DNA from: an uncultured Holophagales bacterium
GTDB lineage: Bacteria; Acidobacteriota; Thermoanaerobaculia; UBA5066
NCBI GenBank assembly: GCA_964636395.1
Contig: CAZWRQ010000002.1
Location: forward strand, 1 to 57,606
Direction: 5' to 3'
DNA: 57,606 bases
Shown: positions 8,610 through 19,846 of the stretch, one piece after another
Layout of the letters: each line of letters begins with the position of its first letter
Position numbering within the stretch: the first letter of the stretch is position 1
Notes under the pieces: generated by a model
What the model saw: only the letters and a program-made list of their open reading frames with translations
Database searches by the model: none
What the model was told of the DNA's origin: nothing
Translations under genes and position numbers: made by a program

Positions 8610-10079
8610 GTGACCGGTCCCGCCGCCGCGAAGGAGGAGAGAGAGAGCGCCGCGAAGCCGGGCGGGCGGGAGCGCGTCTTCGACGTCGCCCCGGAGGACG
8701 AGCTCCTCTACAGCATGTCGGCGGACGGGAAGCGGAAGTTCATCCGCCCCGTCCTCCACCGCGGCCGCTACTGGAAGGTCCGGCGGGCGATGGCGTGGTC
8801 GCTCTTCGTCCTCTTCGTCGCGCTCCCGCTCGTCCCGCTCGGGGGCCACCCGGCCGTCCACCTCGACCTCGGCCAGCGGCTCTTCCACGTCCTCGGCGCG
8901 ACGTTCCACCCGACCGACAACCTTCTCCTCCTCCTCTTCGGCTTCGGCGTCATCGTCACCGTCTTCTTCGTCGGCTCGACGTTCGGCCGGATGTGGTGCG
9001 GCTACGCCTGCCCGCAGACCGTCTACCTCGAGTTCTTCTTCCGCCCCGTGGAGCTGCTCCTCGAGGGGACGCCGCTCGCCCAGCGCAAGCTGAACGCCGC
9101 GCCGATGAGCGCGCGCAAGGCGGCGATCAAGACGGCCAAATGGGCGATCTGGGCGCTCCTCGCGCTCCTCCTCGCCTCCACGTTCGTCGCCTACTTCGTC
9201 AGCTGGAAGGGGCTCCTCGCGGGCCTCGCCTCGCCTGCAGAGGCGACGGGGGCGCTCGGGACGATCGCGTTCCTCACCGGCCTGATCCTCTTCGACTTCG
9301 GCTGGTTCCGCGACCAGATGTGCACGGTCGCCTGCCCCTACGGCCGCCTCCAGAGCGTCATGGCCGACCCCGACACGATCCTCGTCGCCTACGACGCGAA
9401 GCGGGGCGACCCGAAGGTGAAGGTGAAGGACCGGGTCGCGGGCGTCGCCGCGGGCGACTGCATCGACTGCCGGAGCTGTGTGAACGCGTGCCCGACCGGC
9501 ACCGACATCCGCCGCGGCCTCCAGTCCGAGTGCATCGGGACGGCCCAGTGCATCGACGCCTGCGACGAGGTGATGCTCGGCCAGAAGAAGCCGATCGGGC
9601 TGATCAAGTACACCTCCGAGCGCGAGGAAGCGGGAGGGACGCGGCGCCTCGTGAGGCCCCGGAACCTGATCTACCTCGCGCTCCTGACGCTCGCCTGGGG
9701 CTCCCTCGCGTTCCTCCTCCTGACCCGCGCCGACGCCCTCGTCGAGATCGTCCGCGGCGGGCGCGAGCCGTACCGCGTCCTCGTCACCGGCGAGGTCGCG
9801 AACCAGCAGCGGCTCCGCGTCACGAACCAGCTCGACGTGCCGCAACGCTTCTCCGTCGAGGTCCTCTCCCCCGGCGGCGCTCGGTTCGTCCTGGCCGGCG
9901 GGCCGGTCGACGTCGCCCCGGAGAAGGTCGTCACCGTCAACGTCGTGACGACCGTCCCGGCCGAGGTCTTCCGCGACGGCCAGGCCACGGCCCGGTACGT
10001 CGTCACGTCCGACCGGGGCTTCCGGAAGGAGATCGAGTTCCTCCTCCTCGGGCCCTGGGGAAAGGGGGCCGGACGGTGA
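8610..10079 (+). CDS. ccoG: CcoG/FixG 4Fe-4S ferredoxin-type membrane protein (cbb3 assembly, cupric reductase)
   Basis: Motifs CPYGRLQSVM and CIDCRSCVNACPTGTDIR are present, with multiple TM segments. Confidence 0.9.
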   Translation: MTGPAAAKEERESAAKPGGRERVFDVAPEDELLYSMSADGKRKFIRPVLHRGRYWKVRRAMAWSLFVLFVALPLVPLGGHPAVHLDLGQRLFHVLGATFHPTDNLLLLLFGFGVIVTVFFVGSTFGRMWCGYACPQTVYLEFFFRPVELLLEGTPLAQRKLNAAPMSARKAAIKTAKWAIWALLALLLASTFVAYFVSWKGLLAGLASPAEATGALGTIAFLTGLILFDFGWFRDQMCTVACPYGRLQSVMADPDTILVAYDAKRGDPKVKVKDRVAGVAAGDCIDCRSCVNACPTGTDIRRGLQSECIGTAQCIDACDEVMLGQKKPIGLIKYTSEREEAGGTRRLVRPRNLIYLALLTLAWGSLAFLLLTRADALVEIVRGGREPYRVLVTGEVANQQRLRVTNQLDVPQRFSVEVLSPGGARFVLAGGPVDVAPEKVVTVNVVTTVPAEVFRDGQATARYVVTSDRGFRKEIEFLLLGPWGKGAGR

Positions 10080-10609
10080 AGCTCCGGGCGTTCCTCTCCG
10101 AGTACCGCTGGCCCCTCTACCTGACGGGCCTCCTGACGATGTCGATCGTCGCCTACGCCGTCCTCGTCTTCGTGGCGACGCGACCCACGGCGCCGCGCCC
10201 GATCGCCGGCTTCTACGAGTCCTCGCAGGAGTGGGACGCGGACGAGGCGGTCGTCGCGGCGAGCCGCGCGCTCGGCTGGACGGTGAGGTACGAGCTCCCG
10301 GCCGGCGTGCCTCACGTCGCCGGAACGCCCCGCCCCGTCGACGTCCACGTCGCCGACCGCGACGGGCAGGGTGTGACGGGGCTGACCGGCCGCCTCTACG
10401 CCCTGCGCGCGGCCGAGTCGCGGCGCGACGCACCCGGCACCCTCGTCGAGCTGCCCCACCTCCCCGGCTCCTACCGCGCGCTCCTGCGCGTGGACGAGCC
10501 GGGCTCCTGGGACTTCCGCCTCGACGCGGAGCGCGACGGCCAGCGCTTCGTCCACTCGGCGCGCGTCGCGGTCGAGAAGGACGCCCCCGAGGGAGGGAGC
10601 TCCCGGTGA
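10076..10609 (+). CDS. ccoH: FixH/CcoH family protein
   Basis: GTG 10076 overlaps the ccoG stop (GTGA). It has an N-terminal TM and then a FixH-like soluble domain, in the conserved ccoGHIS position. Confidence 0.7.
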   Translation: MKLRAFLSEYRWPLYLTGLLTMSIVAYAVLVFVATRPTAPRPIAGFYESSQEWDADEAVVAASRALGWTVRYELPAGVPHVAGTPRPVDVHVADRDGQGVTGLTGRLYALRAAESRRDAPGTLVELPHLPGSYRALLRVDEPGSWDFRLDAERDGQRFVHSARVAVEKDAPEGGSSR

Positions 10610-13134
10610 CGGAGCCCCGCGATCGGACGCACCTGCGCCCCGCGCCGACGGCGTGCGCGCACTGCGGCCTCGCGGTCCCCGAGGGGATGCTCCGCCCCGG
10701 CGAGGAAAAGCAGTTCTGCTGCAACGGCTGCCGGCAGGTCCACGACCTGATCCGCGACTGGGGCTACGAGAAGTTCTACGGCCTCGTCGAGCAGCAGGGG
10801 GGCGCGCTCGAGCCGGCCCGTCCGACCGGGCGTGGGTTCGAGGACCTCGACGACCCGCGCGCGCTCGAGGGAGCCTCCGAGGAGGCGACCGGGGGCCGCC
10901 GTCGGACCCGCCTCTACCTCGAGGGGGTCCACTGCGCCGCCTGCGTCTGGCTCGTCGAGAAGCTCCCCGAGGCGCTCGACGGCGTCGACTCCGTGCGGCT
11001 GAACCTCGCGAACGCCGTCGCCGAGGTGACCTGGCGCCCGGAGAGGGTGAAGCTCTCGGCGATCGCCCGCGCCCTCGACCGCCTCGGCTACTCGCCGCAC
11101 GTCCACCGGGCCGGTCCCGCCCGCGACGCCCGCCGCGCCGAGGACCGTGCCGCCCTCGTGAAGCTCGGCGTCGCCGTGGCCGGGTCGATGAACCTGATGT
11201 TCCTTCACGGGGCGCTCTACGCCGGCGAGGCGTCCGGCATGGCGTCCCCCTACGAGGCGTTCTTCCGGTGGGTCTCCCTCGGTATCGCGCTCCCGGTCCT
11301 CGCTTTCTCGGCGCGGCCGTTCTTCCAGACCGCGTACGCGGGCCTGCGGTCCCGCTTCGTCCACATCGACCTCCCCGTCGCCATCGGGATCGCCGTCACG
11401 TTCGCCACGAGCGCCGCGAACGTCGTCCGCGGGAGCGGCCCGGTCTACTTCGACTCGCTCGCGATGCTCGTGGCGGCCCTCCTCGGCGCGCGGCAGGTGC
11501 AACGCGCCGCGCAGCGGGCGGCGCTCGAGCGGGCCGACAGCCTCCGCGGCGTCGCCTTCCTCGAGTTCGCGAGGCGGCTCGAGGGGGACGGCCCCGTCGC
11601 ACCGGCCGTCGAGGTCCCGGTTGCGGCCCTCGAGCCGGGCGATCGCGTCGAGGTCCGTTCGGGCGAGCTCGTCCCGGCCGACGGCGTCGTCCTCGTCGGC
11701 CGGTCCACGCTCGACGCCTCGGTCCTCACCGGCGAGTCGGCGCCCGTCCGGGTCGCCGAGGGGGACGCGGTCCACGCCGGCGTGACGAACCTCGGGGCCC
11801 GGCTCGTCGTGAAGGTCGAGGCAGCCGGCGAGAAGACGCGCGTCGGCGCGCTCCTCGCCGTCGTCGAGGACGCCCTCGCGCGCCGCCCCGCCGTCCTCCG
11901 CCTCACCGACCTCCTCGCGCGACGCTTCGTCCAGGCGCTCCTCCTCCTCGCCGCGGCCGCGCTCCTCCTCGCCCTCCCGCTCGGACCGGAGGCGGCCGTC
12001 GAACGCGTCGTCGCCCTCCTCGTCGTCGCCTGCCCCTGCGCGCTCGGGCTCTCGGTCCCGCTCGCCGTCTCGGTCGGGCTGATGCGCGCCGCCCGCGCCG
12101 GGATCTTCGTGAAGGACCCGGACGCCCTCGACCGGCTCCGCCGCGTCGGCACCGTCCTCCTCGACAAGACCGGTACGCTCACCGAGGGGAAGGCTTCGTT
12201 CGCCCGCTACGTCGGAGACGAGGCGGCGCTCGAGCTCGCCACGACCCTCGAGGCGGAATCGTCGCACGCCGTCGCCCACGCCCTCCGCGCCTCCCTCGGC
12301 CGCCGCGTGAACGTCGTCCGCGAGGTGACCGGGGTCCGCGAAGTCCCGGGACGCGGCATCGCTGGCATCGTCGACGGGCGCCGTGTCGCCGTCGGCAACC
12401 GCGTGCACGTCGCGGCACACGCCGCTCCCGCCCCGGGCGAGCTCGCGGCGCACGCCGAGGCGCTCGTCGCCGAAGGCTTCAGCCCGGTCTGGGTCGCCGT
12501 CGACGGCCGCGTCGCCGGCGTCGGCGGGATCGGCGACGCGCTCCGCGCCGACGCCCGCGCCACCGTCGACGCGCTCCGCGCCCGCGGCGTCCGCGTCAGG
12601 GTCCTCTCCGGCGACGACCCGCGCGTCGTCGCCTCCGTCGCCGCCCGCCTCGGGATCGCCCCGGAGGACGCCCTCGGCGGCCGGACGCCGGAGGAGAAGC
12701 GCGACCTCGTCGCCTCGCTCGTCGCGGCACGCGATGGCGAGGCGCGGCGCACCCCCGCCGTCGTCATGGTCGGCGACGGCGTGAACGACGCCGCAGCCCT
12801 CGCCCTGGCCGACGTCGGCGTCGCCGTCCTCGGCGGGAAGGGAGCCTCCCTCGTCGCCGCCGACGTCGTCCTGACGCGCGAGGGGGTCGCCCCGCTCCTC
12901 GAGCTCCTCCGCGGGTCGCGACGGGTCTTCGGCGTGATCCGCCGGAACCTCGCGTTCTCCCTCGTCTACAACGTCGTGGGCGCAACGCTCGCGCTCCTCG
13001 GACTCGTCGGACCGCTCCTCGCGGCCGTCCTGATGCCCGTCTCCTCGCTGAGCGTCGTCCTGTCGTCCGCCTTTTCCCGGCCCTTCCCCGCGGCGGCGCG
13101 CCGGACCGCGCTCACCCCCTCGAGGGAGGCGTAG
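10606..13134 (+). CDS. ccoI: Copper-translocating P1B-type ATPase CcoI/FixI
   Basis: GTG 10606 overlaps the ccoH stop. It has an N-terminal CAHCG...CCNGC metal-binding domain, the CPC TM motif (VVACPCALG), DKTGTLT and MVGDGVNDAAAL. Confidence 0.9.
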   Translation: MTEPRDRTHLRPAPTACAHCGLAVPEGMLRPGEEKQFCCNGCRQVHDLIRDWGYEKFYGLVEQQGGALEPARPTGRGFEDLDDPRALEGASEEATGGRRRTRLYLEGVHCAACVWLVEKLPEALDGVDSVRLNLANAVAEVTWRPERVKLSAIARALDRLGYSPHVHRAGPARDARRAEDRAALVKLGVAVAGSMNLMFLHGALYAGEASGMASPYEAFFRWVSLGIALPVLAFSARPFFQTAYAGLRSRFVHIDLPVAIGIAVTFATSAANVVRGSGPVYFDSLAMLVAALLGARQVQRAAQRAALERADSLRGVAFLEFARRLEGDGPVAPAVEVPVAALEPGDRVEVRSGELVPADGVVLVGRSTLDASVLTGESAPVRVAEGDAVHAGVTNLGARLVVKVEAAGEKTRVGALLAVVEDALARRPAVLRLTDLLARRFVQALLLLAAAALLLALPLGPEAAVERVVALLVVACPCALGLSVPLAVSVGLMRAARAGIFVKDPDALDRLRRVGTVLLDKTGTLTEGKASFARYVGDEAALELATTLEAESSHAVAHALRASLGRRVNVVREVTGVREVPGRGIAGIVDGRRVAVGNRVHVAAHAAPAPGELAAHAEALVAEGFSPVWVAVDGRVAGVGGIGDALRADARATVDALRARGVRVRVLSGDDPRVVASVAARLGIAPEDALGGRTPEEKRDLVASLVAARDGEARRTPAVVMVGDGVNDAAALALADVGVAVLGGKGASLVAADVVLTREGVAPLLELLRGSRRVFGVIRRNLAFSLVYNVVGATLALLGLVGPLLAAVLMPVSSLSVVLSSAFSRPFPAAARRTALTPSREA

Positions 13135-13377
13135 GTGGAGACGATCTTCGTCCTCCTCCCGCTCGCCCTCCTCATCGCGGGGATCGCCCTCGCGCTCTTC
13201 GTCTGGGCCGCGAAATCGGGGCAGTTCGACGACCTCGAGACCCCCGCAGTCCGGATGCTCTTCGACGACGAGCCTGCTCCCGCCGCCCCGCGCCCCGCGT
13301 CCGGCGGGCCCGCCTCTCCCCCGAACCCGAATCCTCCGGAGACCACCTCCGACGCGCCGACAAGGAGGACCGAATGA
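13135..13377 (+). CDS. ccoS: CcoS/FixS cbb3 oxidase maturation protein
   Basis: It starts directly after the ccoI stop. The sequence ETIFVLLPLALLIAGIALALFVWAAKSGQFDDLE is characteristic of CcoS. Confidence 0.85.
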   Translation: METIFVLLPLALLIAGIALALFVWAAKSGQFDDLETPAVRMLFDDEPAPAAPRPASGGPASPPNPNPPETTSDAPTRRTE

Positions 13378-13997
13378 GCCGACCGAGAACGCCCGTCCGC
13401 ATCCTGATCCTCCTCCTCGGGATGGTCGCGGCGGGCTCCCTGGCGTACGCGCTGAGCAACGTGCGCAAGGGCTACGAGCCGCGACAGCCGATCCTCTTCC
13501 GGCACTCGCGGATGGCCGGGCCCGCCGTGATGCAGACGAACGAGAAGGGCGAGGCGGTGAACGTCGGGGGCTACGACATCCCCTGCCTCACCTGCCACAC
13601 GATGCCCTACAAGGGACGCCACTCGACCGTCCCGTCCACCGCCGTCTGCATGAACTGCCACACGACGGTCGGCCTGAACCGCGAGTGGGTCCTGAAGATG
13701 AAGGACTACTGGGACCGGGGAGAGCCGATCCCCTGGGTGAAGGTCCACGACCTTCCCGACTTCGTCTACTTCGACCACTCGGCCCACCTGAACGCGAAGG
13801 ACGGGAAGGGCAACCCGAAGCTGCCGCTCGCAGACGCGGAGGGGCGCCCCTGGCAGATCTGCGCGAACTGCCACGGCCGCGTCGAGGAGACCGACATCGT
13901 CTCCGTCACGAACGCCTTCAACATGCAGTGGTGCCTCGACTGCCACCGCAAGCCCGAGATGAAGGCCTCGACCGACTGCGTCGCCTGCCACCGCTAG
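13374..13997 (+). CDS. actA: Alternative Complex III pentahaem cytochrome c subunit ActA
   Basis: ATG 13374 overlaps the ccoS stop (ATGA), with AAGGAGGA upstream. It has an N-terminal TM and five CxxCH sites (CLTCH, CMNCH, CANCH, CLDCH, CVACH). Confidence 0.85.
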   Translation: MSRPRTPVRILILLLGMVAAGSLAYALSNVRKGYEPRQPILFRHSRMAGPAVMQTNEKGEAVNVGGYDIPCLTCHTMPYKGRHSTVPSTAVCMNCHTTVGLNREWVLKMKDYWDRGEPIPWVKVHDLPDFVYFDHSAHLNAKDGKGNPKLPLADAEGRPWQICANCHGRVEETDIVSVTNAFNMQWCLDCHRKPEMKASTDCVACHR

Positions 13998-14009
13998 AGG
14001 GAGACGAAC

Positions 14010-17000
14010 ATGAAACCGAACGAGACCTCCCCCCGGCCCGAGGCAGGCGTCGACCGGCGCGAGTTCCTCCGCCTCGGGAGCGCGCTCGCGGCGGCCGGCG
14101 CCCTCGCGAGCGCGGGCTGCCAGCCGCCGCAGGAAGCGACGATCCCGTTCCACGACATGCCCGAGAGCCTCGCAGAGGGGATCGGGCGGGCCCGCTTCTT
14201 CCACACCGTCGTCGACGGCACGCCCGTCCTCGTGAGGACGCGCGAGGGGCGCCCGATCCTCGTCGCGCCGAGTCCGACCGACGCGAGCGGCCGGGGCCTC
14301 ACGCTACGCCACCAGGCCGCGCTGATGGACCTCTACGACCCGGACCGGGCCCGCGGTCCGCTCTCCGTCCGGAGGGGCCAGGGGCCGACCGTCGCCTCGA
14401 GCTGGAAGACGGTCGGGTCCGAGGTCGTCTCCCGCCTCGCGAAGGCCGGCAGCGGCGCGGTCCTCCTGACGGGACCCGTCGCGAGCCCCGCCCTCTCCGA
14501 TGCGATCGGCGCGATCTCGGCCGCCACCGGCCTCCGTCATGTCGCCTGGGCCCCGCTCGCCTCCGACGCCGCGGCGGCCGCGCACCGGGCCGCGTTCGGC
14601 GACGAGCGCCTCCCGCGGCCGCTCCTCGGGAAGGCCGACCTGATCCTCGGCCTCGGCGCCGAGCTCCTCGACCGCCCGGCCGACGGCCTCGAGCGTGACT
14701 TCGCGATGCGCCGCTCCCCCGACGCGCCCGAAGCGCGGATGAGCCGCTTCGTCCAGATCGAAGGGCGCCTTTCGCTCACCGGCGCGAACGCCGACGAGCG
14801 GGTACGCGTCCGCGACTCGCAGCTCGCCTCCGTCGCCGCCGCCCTCGCGCACGAGCTCGTCGTGACCCGCAAGGCCGGCCCGCTCGCCGCCGACGCCGCG
14901 GTCGCCGCCGCCCTCGCGCCGTTCGCTCCCGAGGCCGTCGCGAAGAAGGCGGGCCTCGACCCGGCGCTCCTCTCCCGCCTCGCCGGCGAGCTCCTCGCCG
15001 CGCGCGGGAAGGCGATCGTCCTCGCGGGAGGCGCGGCGAGCGGCTCGGCCTCGGGCGAGGCGCTCGAGCTGGCGGCCCTCCTCCTGAACCTGACGCTCGA
15101 CGCCTACTCCGCCGGCCTCTTCGACGAAGCGGCCGCCGAGCGGCCCGCCACAGGCAGCGCCGCCGCCCTCGCGGCCCTCGCCGACGAGATGCGCGCCGGG
15201 AAAGTCTCGCTCCTCCTCGTCGCGGGCGCGAACCCCGTCTACGACGCGCCGTCGGCGCTCCGGATCGCCGAGGCGATCGCGAAGGTCCCCTTCGTCGTCT
15301 CGCTGAACGACCGCCTCGACGAGACGAGCCTCCTCGCCGACCTCTTCGCCCCGGCGAGCCATCCGTTCGAATGCTGGGGCGACGCGACGCTCCCGAAGGG
15401 GCTCCTCGCGATCCAGCAGCCGGTGATCCAGCCGCTCTACGACACGCGCGGTCTCCTCGACCTCCTCGTCGAGTGGGGCGCCGCTGCCGGGGCGGGCGGA
15501 GAGCTCGCCGCCGCCGTCGCCGCCGCCACGGCCGCGCTCGCGAAGGTCCCGCTCCCCGCCTCCGCGGCTCCCGCGCCGAGCCCCAGCTTCGCGTGGCACT
15601 TCCTCCGCGCTGCCTGGGCGCCCCGCTTCGGCGCGGCGTCCGGCTCGCCCGAGCTCGAGAAGGCCTGGAACGAGCTCCTCCGCTCCGGCGCCTTCCAGGG
15701 GCCCGCCCCCGTTGCGCCTCCCGCGCGTTCTCTCGCCCCAGCGGCGCTCGCGCTCCTCTCCGCGCTCCCCGAGGCCCCCGCCGGCCTCGAGCTCCAGCTC
15801 TACCCGCACCTCGCGCTCCACGACGGGCGCGCCGGGAACAACGCCTGGCTCCAGGAGCTCCCCGACCCGATCACGCGCATCTCCTGGGGCGGCGCGCTCT
15901 CGATCGCCCCCCGCCGCTTCGACGAGATGGGCCTCGCGAACGGCGACCTCGTCGAGGTCGACTCGGGGCATGGCAAGCTCGTCGCGCCGGCCTACCGCCA
16001 CGCCGGGATGCACGCCGACGAGGTCGCGCTCCCGCTCGGCCTCGGGCGCTCCGCCTGCGGCCCGATCGGCGCCGGCGTCGGCCCGAACGCCTTCGCGCTC
16101 GGCCTCCTTTCGAACGGTCGCCTCCTCTCCGCCGGCCTCCCCGTCACGATCCGCAAGGCCGGCGGGCGCGAGGAGCTCGCGTTCGCGCAGGGCTCCGACG
16201 TCATCGACCGCGACCGGCGCCCGCTCGTCCCGGTCACGACGCTCTCCGCATACGAGAAGGACCCGAAGTCGGGGACCGAGCAGCAGCACGGCGGCCCCTC
16301 GGCCTGGCCGGAGCACGACTACCCGAACGCCCGCTGGGCGATGGCGATCGACCTCAGCAAGTGCAACGGCTGCGGCAAGTGCGTCCTCGGCTGCCAGGCC
16401 GAGAACAACATCCCCGTCGTCGGCCGCCGGGGAATCCTCGACGGCCGCGAGATGTCGTGGATGCGGATCGACCGCTACTACGACGCCCCGAAGAAGGAGG
16501 GCCGCTGGGACGCGGAGGTCTGGGACGGCCCGCTCCCGGTCGTCGAGGAGCCGAAGGTCCTCTTCGAGCCGATGCTCTGCCAGCACTGCGAGAACGCGCC
16601 GTGCGAGACCGTCTGCCCGTTCGTGGCGACGATGCACAGCGAGGACGGCCTGAACCAGCAGATCTACAACCGCTGCGTCGGCACCCGCTACTGCGCGAAC
16701 AACTGCCCGTTCAAGGTGCGGCGCTTCAACTTCTTCGAGTACGGCAAGGCGCAGGAGAGCGCCCTCTTCCGGGCGCTCGAGCCCCGCATCAAGCGGAACG
16801 CGGAGCTGAACACCCGCGCCCCGATGCAGATGAAGAACAACCCCGAGGTGACCGTGCGGAGCCGCGGCGTGATGGAGAAGTGCTCCTTCTGCGTCCAGCG
16901 GATCCGGGAGGCGCGGGCCGCCGCGACGCGCGACGGGAAGGAGAAGACGCACTTCCCCGACGGCGCCGTCGTGCCGGCCTGCATGGAGGCCTGCCCGACC

Positions 17001-17147
17001 GGCGCGATCACGTTCGGCGACGTGAACGCCCCGGGGTCCAGGGTCGCCGCGCTCTCCGCCCACCCGCGGGCAATGCGCCTCCTCGACGCGCTGGGCGTTA
17101 AGCCCTCCATCTCCTATCTGACGAAGGTGCGCAATGACAAGGCCTGA
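14010..17147 (+). CDS. actB: Alternative Complex III subunit ActB (molybdopterin-like domain fused to an FeS domain)
   Basis: It has a Tat signal ([22 protein letters not shown]). The C-terminal ferredoxin-type clusters are [37 protein letters not shown] and CMEACPTGA. Length is 1045 aa. Confidence 0.9.
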   Translation: MKPNETSPRPEAGVDRREFLRLGSALAAAGALASAGCQPPQEATIPFHDMPESLAEGIGRARFFHTVVDGTPVLVRTREGRPILVAPSPTDASGRGLTLRHQAALMDLYDPDRARGPLSVRRGQGPTVASSWKTVGSEVVSRLAKAGSGAVLLTGPVASPALSDAIGAISAATGLRHVAWAPLASDAAAAAHRAAFGDERLPRPLLGKADLILGLGAELLDRPADGLERDFAMRRSPDAPEARMSRFVQIEGRLSLTGANADERVRVRDSQLASVAAALAHELVVTRKAGPLAADAAVAAALAPFAPEAVAKKAGLDPALLSRLAGELLAARGKAIVLAGGAASGSASGEALELAALLLNLTLDAYSAGLFDEAAAERPATGSAAALAALADEMRAGKVSLLLVAGANPVYDAPSALRIAEAIAKVPFVVSLNDRLDETSLLADLFAPASHPFECWGDATLPKGLLAIQQPVIQPLYDTRGLLDLLVEWGAAAGAGGELAAAVAAATAALAKVPLPASAAPAPSPSFAWHFLRAAWAPRFGAASGSPELEKAWNELLRSGAFQGPAPVAPPARSLAPAALALLSALPEAPAGLELQLYPHLALHDGRAGNNAWLQELPDPITRISWGGALSIAPRRFDEMGLANGDLVEVDSGHGKLVAPAYRHAGMHADEVALPLGLGRSACGPIGAGVGPNAFALGLLSNGRLLSAGLPVTIRKAGGREELAFAQGSDVIDRDRRPLVPVTTLSAYEKDPKSGTEQQHGGPSAWPEHDYPNARWAMAIDLSKCNGCGKCVLGCQAENNIPVVGRRGILDGREMSWMRIDRYYDAPKKEGRWDAEVWDGPLPVVEEPKVLFEPMLCQHCENAPCETVCPFVATMHSEDGLNQQIYNRCVGTRYCANNCPFKVRRFNFFEYGKAQESALFRALEPRIKRNAELNTRAPMQMKNNPEVTVRSRGVMEKCSFCVQRIREARAAATRDGKEKTHFPDGAVVPACMEACPTGAITFGDVNAPGSRVAALSAHPRAMRLLDALGVKPSISYLTKVRNDKA

Positions 17148-18630
17148 GTCGAGCCCCTACGCCACGGTCATGGACGACAGCCAGCTCACGGGCCGGCCGA
17201 TCGTCCTCGCGGGAGCCGGCCCCTACGGCGGCGACCTCGAGGTCCCCGAGCCGCTCGTGACGGGCGGCAAGAAGTGGTGCGACGTCGACCAGGACATCTG
17301 CATGCACGCCGAGCGCTTCCCCACGAAGAGGTGGTGGGCCGCGTTCGCCGTCGCGCTGACGCTCCTCGGCGTCCTCGTCGTCTCGCTCGTCACCCTCCTC
17401 TACGCCGGCATGGGGATCGTCGGCGTCAACCACCCGGTCGGGTGGGGGACGTTCATCGTCAACTTCGTCTTCTGGATCGGCATCGGCCACGCCGGGACGC
17501 TCATCTCGGCGGTCCTCTACCTCTTCCGGCAGCAGTGGCGGACCGGCATCAACCGCGCCGCCGAGGCGATGACGCTCTTCGCCGTCGCCTGCGCCGGCAT
17601 CTTCCCGGTCATCCATCTCGGCCGCGCCTGGTTCGCCTACTGGCTGGTCCCCTACCCGAACGCGCGCGGCCCGCTCTGGATCAACTTCAACTCCCCGCTC
17701 GCCTGGGACATCTTCGCGATCTCGACCTACGGGCTCGTCTCGGCCGTCTTCTGGTACGTCGGCCTCCTGCCCGACCTCGCGACCGTGCGGGACCGGGCGA
17801 CCCACCCGTGGCGGAAGAGGATCTACAACGCCCTCAGCCTCGGCTGGAACGGCTCGCACCGGATGTGGCGGCACTACGAGTCGGCCTACATGGTCCTGGC
17901 CGCCCTCGCGACGCCGCTCGTCTTCTCGGTCCACACGATCGTCTCGTTCGACTTCGCCACCGCGGTCATGCCGGGCTGGCATACGACGATCTTCCCGCCC
18001 TACTTCGTCATCGGGGCGATCTTCTCCGGCTTCGCGATGGTCATCACGCTGATGACCTTCATGCGCGGCTACTTCGGCATGAAGAGCTACATCACGCTGA
18101 ACCACATGGAGTCGATGGCGAAGATCCTGATGCTGACGGGCATGCTCGTCGGGTTCGCCTACTCCACCGAGTTCTTCATGGCCTGGTACTCGGGGAGCGA
18201 GTGGGAAGGGTTCGTCTTCAAGAACCGCGCGTTCGGCCCGTACGGCTGGGCCTACTTCATCATGTTCACCTGCAACGCGATCGTGCCGCAGGTCTTCTGG
18301 TGGAAGAAGCTGCGCCGGCACACCTGGGTCCTCTTCGCCGTCTCGATCCTCGTGAACGTCGGGATGTGGTTCGAGCGGTACGTCATCGTCGTGACGTCGC
18401 TCCACCGCGACTTCCTCCCCTCCTCGTGGGGGATGTACCACCTGACGAAGTGGGACTGGTCGATCCTGATCGGCTCCTTCGGCCTCTTCTTCACCCTCTT
18501 CCTCCTCTTCGTGAGGTTCCTGCCGGTCGTCGCGATCTCGGAGGTGAAGGGCGTGATGGACCCGAAGGTCGCGAAGAGCGCCCCCACCGACGCCGACCTC
18601 ACCGCCGCACGGGCGGCCCAGGAGGCCTGA
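17134..18630 (+). CDS. actC: Alternative Complex III subunit ActC (NrfD/PsrC-like quinol-interacting membrane subunit)
   Basis: It is a polytopic membrane protein that overlaps actB by 14 nt, with NrfD-like sequence ([23 protein letters not shown]). Confidence 0.9.
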   Translation: MTRPESSPYATVMDDSQLTGRPIVLAGAGPYGGDLEVPEPLVTGGKKWCDVDQDICMHAERFPTKRWWAAFAVALTLLGVLVVSLVTLLYAGMGIVGVNHPVGWGTFIVNFVFWIGIGHAGTLISAVLYLFRQQWRTGINRAAEAMTLFAVACAGIFPVIHLGRAWFAYWLVPYPNARGPLWINFNSPLAWDIFAISTYGLVSAVFWYVGLLPDLATVRDRATHPWRKRIYNALSLGWNGSHRMWRHYESAYMVLAALATPLVFSVHTIVSFDFATAVMPGWHTTIFPPYFVIGAIFSGFAMVITLMTFMRGYFGMKSYITLNHMESMAKILMLTGMLVGFAYSTEFFMAWYSGSEWEGFVFKNRAFGPYGWAYFIMFTCNAIVPQVFWWKKLRRHTWVLFAVSILVNVGMWFERYVIVVTSLHRDFLPSSWGMYHLTKWDWSILIGSFGLFFTLFLLFVRFLPVVAISEVKGVMDPKVAKSAPTDADLTAARAAQEA

Positions 18631-18633
18631 GCC

Positions 18634-19188
18634 ATGTTCACGCCCGTCTCGAAGAAAGGCGTGCTCGGACACTTCTGCGAGCCCGACGAGGCGCTCGCGG
18701 CCGCCGCGAAGGTCCGCGACGCCGGCTTCTCGCACTTCGACTTCCTGACTCCCTTCCCGATCCACGGGATGGAGGAGGCGATGGGACAGAAGCGCTCCTG
18801 GATCCCCTGGGCGACCGGGGCCCTCGCGCTCTGCGGCATCCTCTTCGCCCAGGGCCTCCAGAACTGGGTGATGATCTTCGACTGGCCGATGAACTTCGGC
18901 GGGAAGCCGTTCTGGTCGTGGCCGTCGTTCATCCCGATCACGTTCGAGGCGATGGTCTTCTGGGCCGCCATCGGGAGCGCGCTCGTGGCGATCGCCGCCG
19001 GGAAGCGGGACACCGTCCCACAGCCGCCGCCGACGGAGATCGAGACGGGGGCCACCGTCGACCGCTTCGTCCTCTGGATCAGCGCGACCGACCCGAAGTG
19101 GAGCGATTCCGCGACGCCGGAGTTCGTGAAGGGCCTCGGCGCGAACGGCGTGCGCCTCGTCGACCTCGAGGGAGGCTCCGATGCGTAG
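18634..19188 (+). CDS. actD: Alternative Complex III subunit ActD
   Basis: Position and size match ActD. It has a soluble N-terminal domain followed by two TM helices. Confidence 0.75.
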   Translation: MFTPVSKKGVLGHFCEPDEALAAAAKVRDAGFSHFDFLTPFPIHGMEEAMGQKRSWIPWATGALALCGILFAQGLQNWVMIFDWPMNFGGKPFWSWPSFIPITFEAMVFWAAIGSALVAIAAGKRDTVPQPPPTEIETGATVDRFVLWISATDPKWSDSATPEFVKGLGANGVRLVDLEGGSDA

Positions 19189-19846
19189 CCCCGCCCGCCT
19201 CCTCTCCATCTTCGTCCTCGCCTCCGCCGCCTCGCTCCTCGCGGCCTGCGACCTCGGCCTCCCAGCCGGCCGGACGCCGCACCGCGAGGGGAACCGCCTC
19301 GACATGGGCGACCAGAGGAAGCTCAAGCCGCAGCGGAAGGACCTCTTCCTCGCGCGAGCGACCGGCCTCATGGAGCCGCAGCCGGGCGCCGTCGCTTGGG
19401 GCGAGGCGCCCTACCCGTACGCCCAGAACGAGGCCGACCGGGCCGGCGCCGAGCTCGTCAACCCGCTCCAGCCGACCCCCGCGGTCCTCGCCCGGGGGAA
19501 GTTCGTCTACGAGAACTTCTGCATCACCTGCCACGGCGAGAAGGGGGCCGGCGACGGAAAGGTCACCGCCCTCTTCCCGAAGCCGCCGAGCCTGATGACG
19601 CAGAAGGTGCGCGACTGGCCCGACGGCCAGCTCGTCCACCGCCCGATGCGCGGCCAGAACTCGATGCCGAGCTACGCGCGGCAGATCGACCAGAACGAGG
19701 CATGGGCCGCCGTCCTCTGGATCCGCGAGATGCAGAAGGGCGAGCCGGTCGCCCCGCCACCGGCGGCGTCGGCCGTGACGCCGGCGACGACGGCCTCCGC
19801 GCCCGCCGCCCCGCAGGCCGCTCCCCCGTCCGGAGGGAAGTCATGA
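19181..19846 (+). CDS. actE: Alternative Complex III monohaem cytochrome c lipoprotein ActE
   Basis: It has a lipobox (LLAAC), a single CITCH haem site and a downstream Met-containing segment (MRGQNSMPSY). Confidence 0.8.
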   Translation: MRSPARLLSIFVLASAASLLAACDLGLPAGRTPHREGNRLDMGDQRKLKPQRKDLFLARATGLMEPQPGAVAWGEAPYPYAQNEADRAGAELVNPLQPTPAVLARGKFVYENFCITCHGEKGAGDGKVTALFPKPPSLMTQKVRDWPDGQLVHRPMRGQNSMPSYARQIDQNEAWAAVLWIREMQKGEPVAPPPAASAVTPATTASAPAAPQAAPPSGGKS